This document shows, one piece after another, positions 11,674-23,477 of a DNA stretch of 64,000 bases. The notes under the pieces are model-generated. The model had not been told where the DNA came from, searched no databases, and saw nothing but the letters and a program-made list of their open reading frames with translations. A program made the translations under genes and the position numbers. The stretch spans positions 15,190,001 through 15,254,000 of the forward strand of contig CM120646.1 of the NCBI GenBank assembly GCA_051362555.1, written 5' to 3'. Source of the stretch: Lingula anatina (lineage: Eukaryota > Animalia > Brachiopoda). Numbering within the stretch: the stretch's first letter is position 1; each line of letters starts with the position of its first letter.

Positions 11674-14600
11674 CAGACTTGACATTTAATATGGGATATT
11701 TCAGTTTCGAAGATATGCCTAGGTGAAAATGCGTTCTTTTTTCACAAACTTCGATCTCATATAAGATATGTGAATGGAGAAGTGTGTAGTCAGGTGTGTC
11801 GCTGCCAATTAACTGAATACCAGGTTTGTTGCGCTGCTGCATTATGTAATATGCAGTGATTTAATTGGGTAGTGCTCCTTTGGGCTTGTCAAAGCTTAGG
11901 TTTGGCAAAGCATGGTTCTGTCAAAAAAGTATCCATATGTCGGCAACTCTTGCATAGAAGAATGTGAAATTTTGCATGCAAGTGGTCGGGTTTGCAGTGT
12001 GTAAAATGAACTATGCAGTGCTTTACAAGTCTGTTAATCTGTGGCAGAATGGCGCTAAAAAGACAGGCATTGCCAGACAGATAATTGTGCCAAACGAAAC
12101 GGTCCGCACAGTTTTATAGAGTAATGCCCAGACTGATGTACCTACATAGAGGCCACACCCAATGTATTGAAATCTTACCACCAGGGCACAGGACCCACTG
12201 TCGTTCGGGATATGCTGCTGCACCTAAAAAAACCACCAGTCCGTTCAGAATGAGGGGTAAATTGCCACCAAAACGCACTTTTCAAGGCCCTTAGCGAACA
12301 CCAAACTGGTTTTAGCAGGTTAGAATACCAGATGACCTCCAGGGAACCCACTGTAAACAGCAAAACATCGTTGTATGTTTCTCTAATGAATTGGGGACCT
12401 TGACTGTTTCTGGGTTGAGCACTGAAATCTCGTGGCTTTCTTTATTGAGGTCAGATTTCACCTGTACCGCTCAACAGTCAAAACAGAGTTTACAGACATC
12501 CAGAAGAGGCCAACGACGACGCGTGTGCCGCGTCTAAAGTGACTAAGGTCATTAACAGCGTCAGTATTTGGATTGAATATCACATTGGTGCCAAAACACC
12601 AATGGTAGTCATCGACGAAAACCTGAACCAGATCAAATTAAGAAATAATCTGGGAACCCTTTGGCTATCATTTGATAGGGGGCAACTTAGGAACAATTTT
12701 AGGTTGCACGGTGAGATTGCCGGTTCTTACAGAGCACTTTTAAGGCCGGTGATAGGGTTAAATACGCTTAAAATCATGTTTTTGAGTTTTTTGTGTGTTT
12801 ATATTAATCAAAACGTTGGATGTAATAATTTTTATGAATTTGCATCGCAAAATGTGTCTTTTGATGAGTTTTTCAACCGGCACGCGCCCCAGTCAGGCTG
12901 ACAACTAAGCCACGCCTCTGTTACTAAGGACCGTTGCCATGAGGGGGTCGGAGCACAGTTAATGAGTTATAAGCCGATAACGTGTGCGGTAATAGGTCAT
13001 AAGTCTTACATCAGCTTAGCAGCGAAGAAGTCTAGCTAGTACACTATGGGGAAGAGAAAAGTTCGTGTTAAATGTCCATTTCCAGAGGAAAGAAAGAAAA
13101 TTTTGAAAGAGAGTAGGGCCTATGCGTGGCGGTTGGGGAAAACCGGCCCTATTTGTTCAGTCGAATAACTGATTTCTGTATACCTAATAAATGGGTGAAA
13201 GAGTTAATCGAATCGCCTAAATTAATTGACAAATGAAAGAAAAATCGATAAATAAATTTAAAAAAAAACGCTAAAAAGGATACTTTTAGCCTAGCTCTTA
13301 ATCTTTGCGATATATATCGGCGAGCGTAGGCCTATCTGCGACACGTTACGAAACCGGAAATAATTGTTGGTCGCCGTTTGCAAAAGGTAAATCTAATGTT
13401 GACAAAATGAAATTTTATTCTCCAAGATATGATATCATGGAGCTTGAGAGACACGCGAAAAATTGTGATGTGAATGGCCAAATGAGAGAAATCCAAGCAA
13501 GGGTTGACAGCATGATTAAAACAATAAAAATAAAAAACGCATGTTAGCGGCTTTGCATTTTGCGATATTTGGAGAAAAACAATTTCAAAATCACTGATCA
13601 AGCGGGAAGAAAGAGTTCAAAATGTATCCAAAAATGAAAATCACAAAAAGACCCCGAAAATAGTCAAGACTAGCAGGTAAAAAGCAAATAGGGTCTAAGT
13701 GTCATGTGTGTAAAAATAAAATATTTATTCAAAAGCCTTCTCTCAGCCACTTTTACCGCTGAATCTTGTGCGTCTCCCCTTTATCTTAGCTGGCATTTTG
13801 AGAGAGACCGCTCTGAAGTAATCACTGGGTTTTTCCGTTGATCTGACGATTACCAAGTGCCGTGCAAAATAATCCTGCAGCGTTGCCCGTCAAAAAAAAA
13901 AAAACTCTTATTAACACAAGTGACGGCCACTTGCTCTCGGCAGACAGTTTTACTGATCACTTTGCCGATAACAGAAAAAGAATCTCTCAGGTAGAATTAC
14001 TCGTTTGCCGAGGAAAAGCCATTGAAACGTTCAAATGCAACTTCACACCTCTTAATTGCGGTTAAATGTAATCGCCTTTGTTAGCGCTTCCTTCTTCATA
14101 TCCTTGACACCCAACTGGGCATCACTAGGCTAGGGCCGTCTCCAGAGCTGTCAATCAAAATGGCGGCACGCTTACAAGACTAACGAGTGGTCGGAAAATG
14201 TAACAAAAGCACGATTTTCTGCCCTTTCAAAGCACCCAAACAAAATATTTTTAGATGACAATGAGCAATGGTTCCACCTGGTCGTATTACCGATAACAGG
14301 TAAATTTGCCAGCTAAGCATATGACTAATAAGCTCTGTTAACCAACCTGTGAACGTTTTTGGCTGTTTTAACAGCTTTCTATATTGACGAGATGAGTGAA
14401 TCGCTGCCAAGTATATCTCACTATCTGAGCAACCGATCGTTACAAAAGATGCACCTATTGTTGTTGGGAATGTGGACTACAGCATGATATCAGGGGTTTA
14501 AGAGGAAATTGTTTGTTTGAAAGTTATCGTCTTTTGAAGTGAATAACCCATTGAAATATGGGGTAATTTAACATAAAAGATGATAAAATCAAAAGTAAAT

Positions 14601-15490
14601 AGTTTAAGACAATTCCCTGGTACCGCGCTGAAGTGCTTTCACCCAGCTTTATGAGGCCTTTTGAATCACTCGAATAGCTGTCTTGGTTATAGAGAAAATC
14701 CCAATTCCGAAAACGGCATCCCCCCCCCCCCAAAAAAAAAAAATAATAATAATAATTGGCGCTATAGCGTCATCCGTTGGACACTGTACTTAATCCCCGT
14801 CTTTAATTGGCCTTTTGGGAAGTTTGTTTTAATTTTTTATAAAAAGTTATAAGCCCATGGCTTTGTTTCTATGACTTTGGTCCTTTTACTATTAGTGGCC
14901 TTAATAGCAGATTACTTACAGAACCAAGGGAATGAGCAGCTATCTTGGTTATCAAAACCGTCATATTTGAACCACATAGACAATATGTGGGTAGGTCATT
15001 ACTCGCCGAATCAATGTCCTACATGTCCTACAACAAAACTGGACCAAATTGGACAGATTTTGACCGATGCCTGGAACGTTATTCCAGATTGAACTTTAAA
15101 AACCTATCCCAAGGAATCCGTTGCCACATGAGAGCGCTGGTAGCAGCCAGAAGAGGTCATGCGTAACAGCGGCCGTTACTGTGACTAGACACTGACATGA
15201 GGGCCCTTTGTGGAGCGTGTAACTCCTTTACAGACAATAATTTGGAAAATATGGAGGTCCAAAATATCTCTTTTAATGGTTGTCGTATGACGTAGAATAG
15301 GCAATGTGTTTTTGTTTGCTTCTCTGGCGAATTCCATTAATGAACTGATGTCACAATGACATCAAAGAGGTAACTTAAAGTTGTTAAAACACGATTTAAA
15401 TCCTTATTTAAATTTATCAGTCAGGTAAATAGGAAAAAACTGATGAAAAATGATTTGGAAAAAAATATTCCATATTAAATGTCAAGTCTG
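11674..15490 (+). mobile_element. Degenerate Tc1/mariner element, copy 2 (opposite orientation), interrupted by a TTAA insertion
   Basis: TA|CAGACTTGACATTTAATATGG ... CCATATTAAATGTCAAGTCTG|TA. Transposase C-terminal remnants WLSKPSYLNHIDNMW, AWNVIP and MRALVAARRGH at 14940-15166. Confidence 0.88.
12744..14900. mobile_element. Kolobok-like non-autonomous element nested in Tc1 copy 2
   Basis: TTAA|GGCC ... GGCC|TTAA. The uninterrupted site AGAGCACTTTTAATAGCAGA is present (as rc) in Tc1 copy 1 at ~2621-2640, which shows the TTAA duplication. Confidence 0.85.
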
Positions 15491-16769
15491 TATAATCCTA
15501 TCGCCGCAACAAACAATAGGGACCTTCTGGCTGATTTATTCCGCTGTTGATTACTCTTAGTTACAGCAGATTGTTGTGCTCGCGCTGGACAACAGATACC
15601 GACGTCATGGGGTTCACTCGCCTAAGCTATTGTGTTACTACGCCTAAACTATTGTGTTTTTGCGTTCGGATTTCTAAGGGATTTTTAGGGCTCTCCATTG
15701 TTTGTCCGTCCCCTTCTATTCACAGGACATTATACAACGGAAACATAAATATTACTACCACTGTACTAGCAAATCTAAATAAAAATGGGTGAACCTGACA
15801 CGATCGTGTTCCAGACTGTTTACCTGGTTTGATATACAGTATTTTGTCAGGGTGCTCATTATATATAATTAATTACACGGTAAAAAAATTTTTTTTATTT
15901 TTATTTTTTGAATTAGATGGAATGTGAAAAATAACTTTTTTCAAGATATTTTGACGATCAATTTATATCCCTAACCAGGCCGGAGTGGTTAAAGCTCTTA
16001 CTCATTTTATGTTGAGCAGTAATTGTGCTGTGATTCTTTTAAAAAAAATAAAGAGGTGTAAACAAACGAGTCATGTAGCACTAACAAACAACACTGAAAT
16101 GACAAATTTTAATGTGTGCTTACACTTCACACATGCACAGCTAGGCATTAACATATTTGTCACGAGACTGACCTTTTTGGCAAACATACTCCCCCGGTGA
16201 AACTTCCATCATTTCACTTTGCTACGTATACAATAGCCGTTTTACATGTATGTTAAAGAGGAGAACATGCAACACAAACCTACTTGTTATAATGAGAAAT
16301 GACGAAAGCAGTTCGGAGCTTTCGACCGTTTATTCACCGACTCCTCTTTCACAGAATCTACAAGTATTTATATTCTATTTTCCCAAAGAATTTCCCATTC
16401 TCATATTACAAAACTCTATTCAACATTTCCTAATTTAGTAATTTAAATGAGACTTGTGTATGATTGAAAATATTTAAAATATTTTCCGAATTACTCATCT
16501 TGGATCTTGTCCAACTCAAGTATGCATGAGTTTTACACGTGTTAAAACGTGCAAATCAATAGAAAAATTAACCAATCAGTCCAACTATATCTAACTCTGA
16601 AACGTTCCATACTTTCTTACTTCGAGAACAGTCTCTGCACTTGTTGACACTTTAAGACATTTACTTTGCACTCAATAACTTCCTACACATTTAATTCTCT
16701 ATTAATTGTTTTGTAATTGTCGAAAGTGTATGTCATTTGCTTTACTACATACCGCATAAGCCGCGGCGC

Positions 16770-16975
16770 TGGCATTTACCTCTCCTCTCTCAGTAAACCC
16801 ATCTTTCCTTGAAAGCAGTTTTACTACCTTTCACAAAGCAGTACCACAGTAGTCTAACACCAGTCTTGATTGGAAAATTCCAGATGCACTATTTTAAGAC
16901 ACGCGCATGCGCTGTTGTGACGTGAAAAATCCCCCAGTTCACCTGCGAAACAAATATTGACAAATGTCAGGTGAC
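16770..16975. promoter_or_regulatory. Paralogous copy of the kB/NRF1 promoter module
   Basis: GGAAAATTCC (16872-16881), a perfect NRF1 palindrome GCGCATGCGC (16903-16912) and AAAAATCCCCC (kB-like on minus). Colinear with 26690-26945, including a minus-strand donor GAG|GTAAAT near 16779. Confidence 0.6.
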
Positions 16976-17608
16976 GCCATATTTTTTACTTCACTTGACT
17001 CCTCGGGAGACATTGATTTGGGCAAATGCAGTGAAAATGAAATCTCGAATCGTTGAACAAATACATAACCACCTGTATCACTGTATTACCTGTGCCACAT
17101 GTAATATTACAGGTAAACTGTATTTGTATTGCCGTCATTTATTACGGGCCTACCTCAACTCGCGTCTTATCATTCATCTACAGTATTTCGAAATACATGG
17201 AAGCGATTTAGACATCGATCGTCAGATGTCAAAAAGCTGATCAGCATAAATCTACTTCACATCCCAAGAAAAATACACCCATTATAACCATGCATTAACA
17301 CTTTTCTTTCATAATATACTCTGTCGTCCGGTGAAACGTGACAGAGAGTTCGCTTCCTATTCATTTGTACAGCGTAAGCCTCGCCCTAGATTTTGACCCA
17401 CTTAGGTCAGGCTAACCCTAACCATAATAACTACATGGAGGGCAGACTCTCCGTTACACGGATCCTTAGTTTCGTTACAACGGTTCAATGCAAGTTGACC
17501 ACAGAGGTGTTAACTTTAGACATGCACATATACGCTTTCGATATGTGGGACATCAGAAGTTTACCGACAATGCATATATTGACTTTGTCTATTAATATCT
17601 AACTCTTT

Positions 17609-17892
17609 TGGAATGTAGCTGTCACAGGGCCTCAGGCAGATAAGGGTTCAAATGGACCCCTTCGAAAAGATAATTTTGTGAAATTGAACTATTCACAAAA
17701 TACTGCTAAAACAATTTTAAGATAAAGGTCTAATAGTGCGACTTTTTTCATTAAATCTTATTCGTTCGGAATGTAGCTGTCACAGGGCCTCAGGCACATG
17801 GGGGTTCAAATGGACCCCTCTGAAAAGATAATTTTGTGAAATTGAACTATTCACAAAATACTCCTTAAATAATTTTCAGATAAAGGTCCAAT
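17609..17892. repeat. Two-copy ~160-bp tandem repeat
   Basis: GGAATGTAGCTGTCACAGGGCCTCAGGCA...AGATAAAGGTC at 17609 and 17769. Confidence 0.9.
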
Positions 17893-18855
17893 AAAGATGT
17901 CGTTTCGCCTGCAAATCACTCCAGTAAGTTTGCAGATAATAAACCATGCGTTTTTTTAGGTAAAACGGCAGCGGGTGCAGGGGATGACCATACGTACATG
18001 TATATACAGTAGGCACATGTGCGTAAATAAGTGCGTACGTTTGACGTTTTATATTCAACATTAGACCGCACCACATCCTGGAAGGCCTGGTAATACCCTG
18101 CGTGATGTAATATACTTCCCAAAGAGACGCCAATAGTCAATAGTAAGAATTGATATAAATCGATGCCTAAAGAGACATGCAGAAAAAAATGCCTTTCCAC
18201 AATTTATTCTCCACACTTATATTTCGAAGGAAATGTATTATAATATATCATTATTTAAAAGACACTAAAAAAAATTAGTGTCACTTAAAAGACACTAAAA
18301 ATTCTTTAGTGTCTTTTTAACCAAAAAATGCATTTCAAATTTCGCTTGTTTTAGAAATTTAGTTCTTAATCAAAAACTCCATTAAACAGTAAAATTGCGA
18401 AGTACCAAAACACTATTTGCTAGGCCAATCTATTAAAAACTCAAGTAACATATTAAGCTATATAATACTTAGTAACAATCGCTCATACGTTGCTGTTTGT
18501 ATAACACAAGCTAATAATATTTGCTGTCTAATTAAAATATCATCTCACACGTGCACTTTGTTTGTTACAAGTACAGGTGCACTACACAAAGAATATTTGG
18601 CTATGATGCCTTATCCTCGGTCCAAAGTTTCTCGAAAAGGGCACCATGTTGTGATTTCTCTTAATCGGCATGATCTCTGATGTTCATAGATATCTATTTT
18701 GATTTAAAAGCTCTCCCACACTAAGGACAAGTGCAAACGCACTCATTCACTCTCTTGACATCTCTACAGTCAACCTTTTGCCTGCCTGTCTCCACATCAT
18801 ACTGAAACATCTTGCAAGCAAGGTATAGTTAAATTCGGTGCTTGACCCATCCCTA

Positions 18856-19349
18856 AGGGTTAGGTCATTATTTAAGTCGGAAAGGGGTGGGGGCGGAAGA
18901 GGAAATGCCCGTGATAAAAATTTTGAGACCCCCTTATATATTGTAGCATTCAATTTTTTTCGCGACCCCCCTTCCGGATTGATTGAAAAAGTCAGCCCCT
19001 TCAATAAGAATCGTGTAAAATTTATATTGTTCACTATTACGGCTTAAAAAGTATGTTAAAATACTGCATTCATGCGGGTACTTTAATAAAAATTACATGT
19101 AAAAATTGAATGGTTGTACAAAAAAAAATTGGAATGTAAATATGAGACGCTAAAAACACTTCATTATTATTGCAAATTCTAATAAAAATTTAAGGAAAAC
19201 TACTTTGAAGGATGAAAAAAATTTGAATTCATTAAAGTTACCAAAGTAGCTTTTAAAAAGACCCCCCTTATTTTTGCTTAAAAAGGTCAGGGCTTCCCAT
19301 TTTCTCCTCCACTCCCTCTCCCCATCCAACTTAAATAATGACCAGTACT
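18856..19349. mobile_element. Non-autonomous DNA transposon/MITE
   Basis: Inverted termini GGTCATTATTTAAGTCGG (~18863) / CCAACTTAAATAATGACC (~19326-19343). Confidence 0.55.
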
Positions 19350-20016
19350 TAATAGGGGAAAGTATTGGACAAATATCCCCATCATGATTATCCATTACTG
19401 AATTCTACTCAATTTTGTTTTAATAAACAGAAGTAAAACTTGACAACAGCTTCATAGGACACAACCGGCACTATGGAAGTGGACATTTATCTCCTGTCTT
19501 TAAATGTATCGGAGAAGAGAAATACACCACTTCTTAAACGCAAAAGCTCCAGTTAATTTGTACTAATACATGTTCAAAATCATGATGTAAAGCAGCATAC
19601 ATCTTTCACAACATATTGATATATTAATACCCTCTGCCGCGGATTATTCAAGTACACTTGAATTAACCAGAGATACAACTGCGAATATCTAGTGAAAAAA
19701 TCAATCTGTGGCCCTGGTAGAGGGTAATATCATATGGCATTCAAATACGTTCAAATATTACACGTTACTTAATACCCATTTTATTATCATTATACAATGT
19801 TGGTAAATCGCGATTTCTATTTACATTACCTTACTTTCAGCCCAAACAATTAAATCAATTAAAGTAATTATATGCATATGTATGCAGCGATGTATGTCTT
19901 CGATGTGTACACAAAATGCACGTTCGGAAAACCCGACTGTCATGCAGCCATTAATACAATAGCTTTTATAAATTTGTGCCATTCTCGTGCACACGGAATT
20001 TCAACCGTTAATGTTG

Positions 20017-23000
20017 TCATTGCCCGTAATATCCCAAGTCGTGTGATCGAAGAAACATTAATATTTCATCCAGTTTTTGAAGAATCTGGTCTGAAGCTGT
20101 GACGCTTTTGATCAATTGTCTGAATTTCTCTTCGTTGAAATTGTTCATTTTGATCCAATCAATCTTGTCTTGTTTGCCACCTAGCGACAAAATTGCACCG
20201 GAAGCATCTCTCCACGTGTCTTCAAACTTAGCCTCATCCAGCTCGAATTTTCCGTCATGAAAGATGTTATTTCTGATGTCTCTTATCTTGATGATGTGGT
20301 CGATGTCTCCTTGGGATGCTTGACCAGGCTTTAAGACCCAACTTAAGTTCTTTCCATTGGGGTGGAGGTTTCTTATTAAAATGAATAAGAGGGAAATATC
20401 AAAACGTTTTATATCTGCTTGTCCACTGGATGGATACAATTGGTCATACTGTTGAGGGAACATAACTTTTCCCTTTGGCTTCTTTAGTAGTGTGAGACAA
20501 TTTTTTATATCGGAGAGTGCAAGAAATACATTCAACGTCTGGTTTTCTGAAGCGCCCAAGTTGTACTGACCAACGCTCTTTAGTTTCGGAATGACGATAT
20601 CGCGTAGGAAGAACTTACGAAACACACGTGTACCTTCATGTTGGACGAGATATGCGAGCCTGGCGTGGTATTGCATTTGTTGAGGCAAACAACCAACTGG
20701 CTTTGACTGGGCAACACCAGGGTTTGTGTTCACCGGGGGTGTGCAAGGATTCTGTGGCGGAGTAATCGCCGCGGTTTGCGACAGTTGAGCAAATGAGGCG
20801 TTTCCGACACCGTGTGTTTGGTAACCTGCATACGTGGGTTGGTTGGTTGCGTACGGGAAGTACGGGTACAGGAAGCCGGTGTTTAGAGTTGTATTTGTTT
20901 GACCTTTTTCTGTAGCGGACATCATTTGCGATGGATGCCCACCTATGGCTCCCTGCAACTGATGGGGAACCCCCGGAGCGTATTCTGGGGACTGCATTGG
21001 GAAGGCACCGATAGGAACCGACGACAGAGAGGTCTGAAAGCGCGCTGATCCTTGGAGATAACCCTGGTGCCCTTGAGGCATATAACCAATGTTATTGTAA
21101 TATGGTTGATTACCGTGGGTGCCCTCTGGATAGATGGCGGATGGGAAGACAGGTCCAGGGGGTCTGGAAACATTTGATGATTGCACACCTGTATTTTCTG
21201 GGTGGCTAATATTGAATGGCATATGTGGAAAATTGTGACGCGGTCGGAAAGACTGACTCTGTGAATTCTCAATATCATGGGATACATCATGTTCACTCTC
21301 TGTATCTGCAACTTAAATGAAAGTTACATTTTATTATGAATCATACCACCATGTGCATGTACAGTGTTGGCAGAATATCATAACCGATGTGTTTGAATAA
21401 TTAATATAAATCAGACACTAAATATTTTTGTAAAACTTACTACGAGATACGTTGAAGAAAACCTTTTTTCGTAAGCTGCAATCCAACACTGAAGCCTGTT
21501 TTCTGCCCTGCACAGTTGACATCTGCGACACCTCATTGTTAACCTAGCAGAATAAAAAAAATGTATAAAAATTTCACTGTTAAATGCAGTTTTAATCCGC
21601 GGTGCTTTAACATTGACTTCGCAAGATAAAACATTGAAGAAACAATGCTGATAAATTAGTCAAATCATTTTATAACGAATGCGGGTAATATAAGTTCCAA
21701 AAGACAATATTTCTCTGCATAGTTATCAAAGTGGCGTACAAATATGACAAAAGAACATTGAAAATTTGGTCATAGACATTTCTCATCTCTAGCTTCTTCT
21801 CCTTCCCATCTCTATCTCTACGTGTGTTGGTGTGTGCCTGCGCTCGTTTGTATGTGCGTTTCATTGAATCTATCATACCTTAAATGCAGCATTACGCTTT
21901 ATGTAATTCTAATACTTACTTTCAGTAACATTGACAAAACGTCCGATCTGTATGCTTCAGCAGTAAATATTTTTACTATGGATTGAACAAACCATGTCCC
22001 CTTTTCTTTGTCTCGCCACGATACGTAGTCTAAAACAAACAAAAAAGAAAACGTTGCACTTGTCGTTTTTCACATAAAGTGTAAAATTAACTTTATTGCT
22101 AGAAATTGCCTTCGGTGGCTCAGGTTATCCAACGGTAAATACAAACATCCCATTTTAAAAAGCGACACGATCAAGTACATGTACCTGGTGAAGTCGCCTG
22201 TGCCACGAGAAAATCCGACATAGTGGGATCATTGAATTGCTGTGATAATTCATGCGGTGCATCCGGTACATCATTCCCCGAATCAGTGATCTGCGGCAGT
22301 GGCTCCGGTTGTTGCCCTGCTTGTACGTCAGGTAATGTCCCAGAATCCTTTGTCTCTGGGAAAATAAAGAAATAAATGAATATTACATAAAATACCAAGT
22401 GAATCGTGTACTAGTAAAACTGTTAGCCATGTAGTTTCACTTGCTGTATACATGTAGTTGAGCGCTATTAACACTACTATAAAAAATATGTAATATTACA
22501 GAGCACCAAGCTTTGTTAAGTTGTGATTTTATTCTGCTATATTGAAATGAAGCCACTGTAACAAACCTTGTTTGTTTTAAATGCCAGAGATATAATATAA
22601 AAATTCATTTTAATATTAATGGTCTTGTGCTTTTATAACACTAAAAGTTTTATATTCTCAATAAATACCATATATTTACATATGACAAACAAGTAAAAAT
22701 CAATAATTATTATAGCCTTACACAGCCTTACACTTGATCTTAAAGCCATACACATTGTACTCACTTCCCTGGCAAGCCTGAATAAAAATCATTTTCGGTT
22801 TCCCCCTTAGGCCTGGACAGTTTTTGTTATTCAAAATGTTTTTGATCATGTCGTAGGGCAAAAGATAACCATCTGTACCATACACAGCACCATTGTCACC
22901 ATGGCTCAGTAGAAACAGGATGAAGGAATCGTATTTCCTGTGATCTTCGTTTTTACTCTCTTGCTCTATTTCCTCTTTAATTTGCTTCGTTAATAAAAGA

Positions 23001-23041
23001 AACGAGGGCAGTCATGACACAGGTGGAACGGCATGGTAAGT

Positions 23042-23087
<46 letters not shown>

Positions 23088-23434
23088 CATGGATTGCTAA
23101 ATCATAAAGTTAAAGCAGTTTGTGCATATATAGTTTTTTTTTAAAAAAAGACGATATATCACCGAAACGCATGTGTACAATTAGGGAGGTATGGTAGATT
23201 GTTATTACTTTGTTAATTCTGATGAACTTACATTTGCCTCTAGGTTATTGATCACTTCTACATCATATTGAAGGTAACGAAGAAGTTTCCTCAAGGCAAC
23301 TACATCAACTTTGGTTCCATCCCGTCTTGGAAGGTCTTTCACAGAAAAGCATTCGTTACTTATAATTAGTGCACGACCCCTTGGCTTGGAGTTGTTTTTG
23401 TACTGAAAAAGGAATACCCATTAAACACGTAGTG

Positions 23435-23477
<43 letters not shown>

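Noticed and set aside
17609-17892. CRISPR-like repeat
   Set aside because: Only two long copies without a spacer structure, in eukaryotic DNA with no cas genes.
1249-19395. Numerous 60-140 aa ORFs in the ORF track
   Set aside because: They fall in decayed transposons or AT-rich non-coding DNA and have no domain signal beyond the TE remnants listed.
20680-21222. RHIM/amyloid motif in the P/Q/G-rich linker
   Set aside because: No clear (I/V)Q(I/V)G core. Only low-complexity composition is evident.
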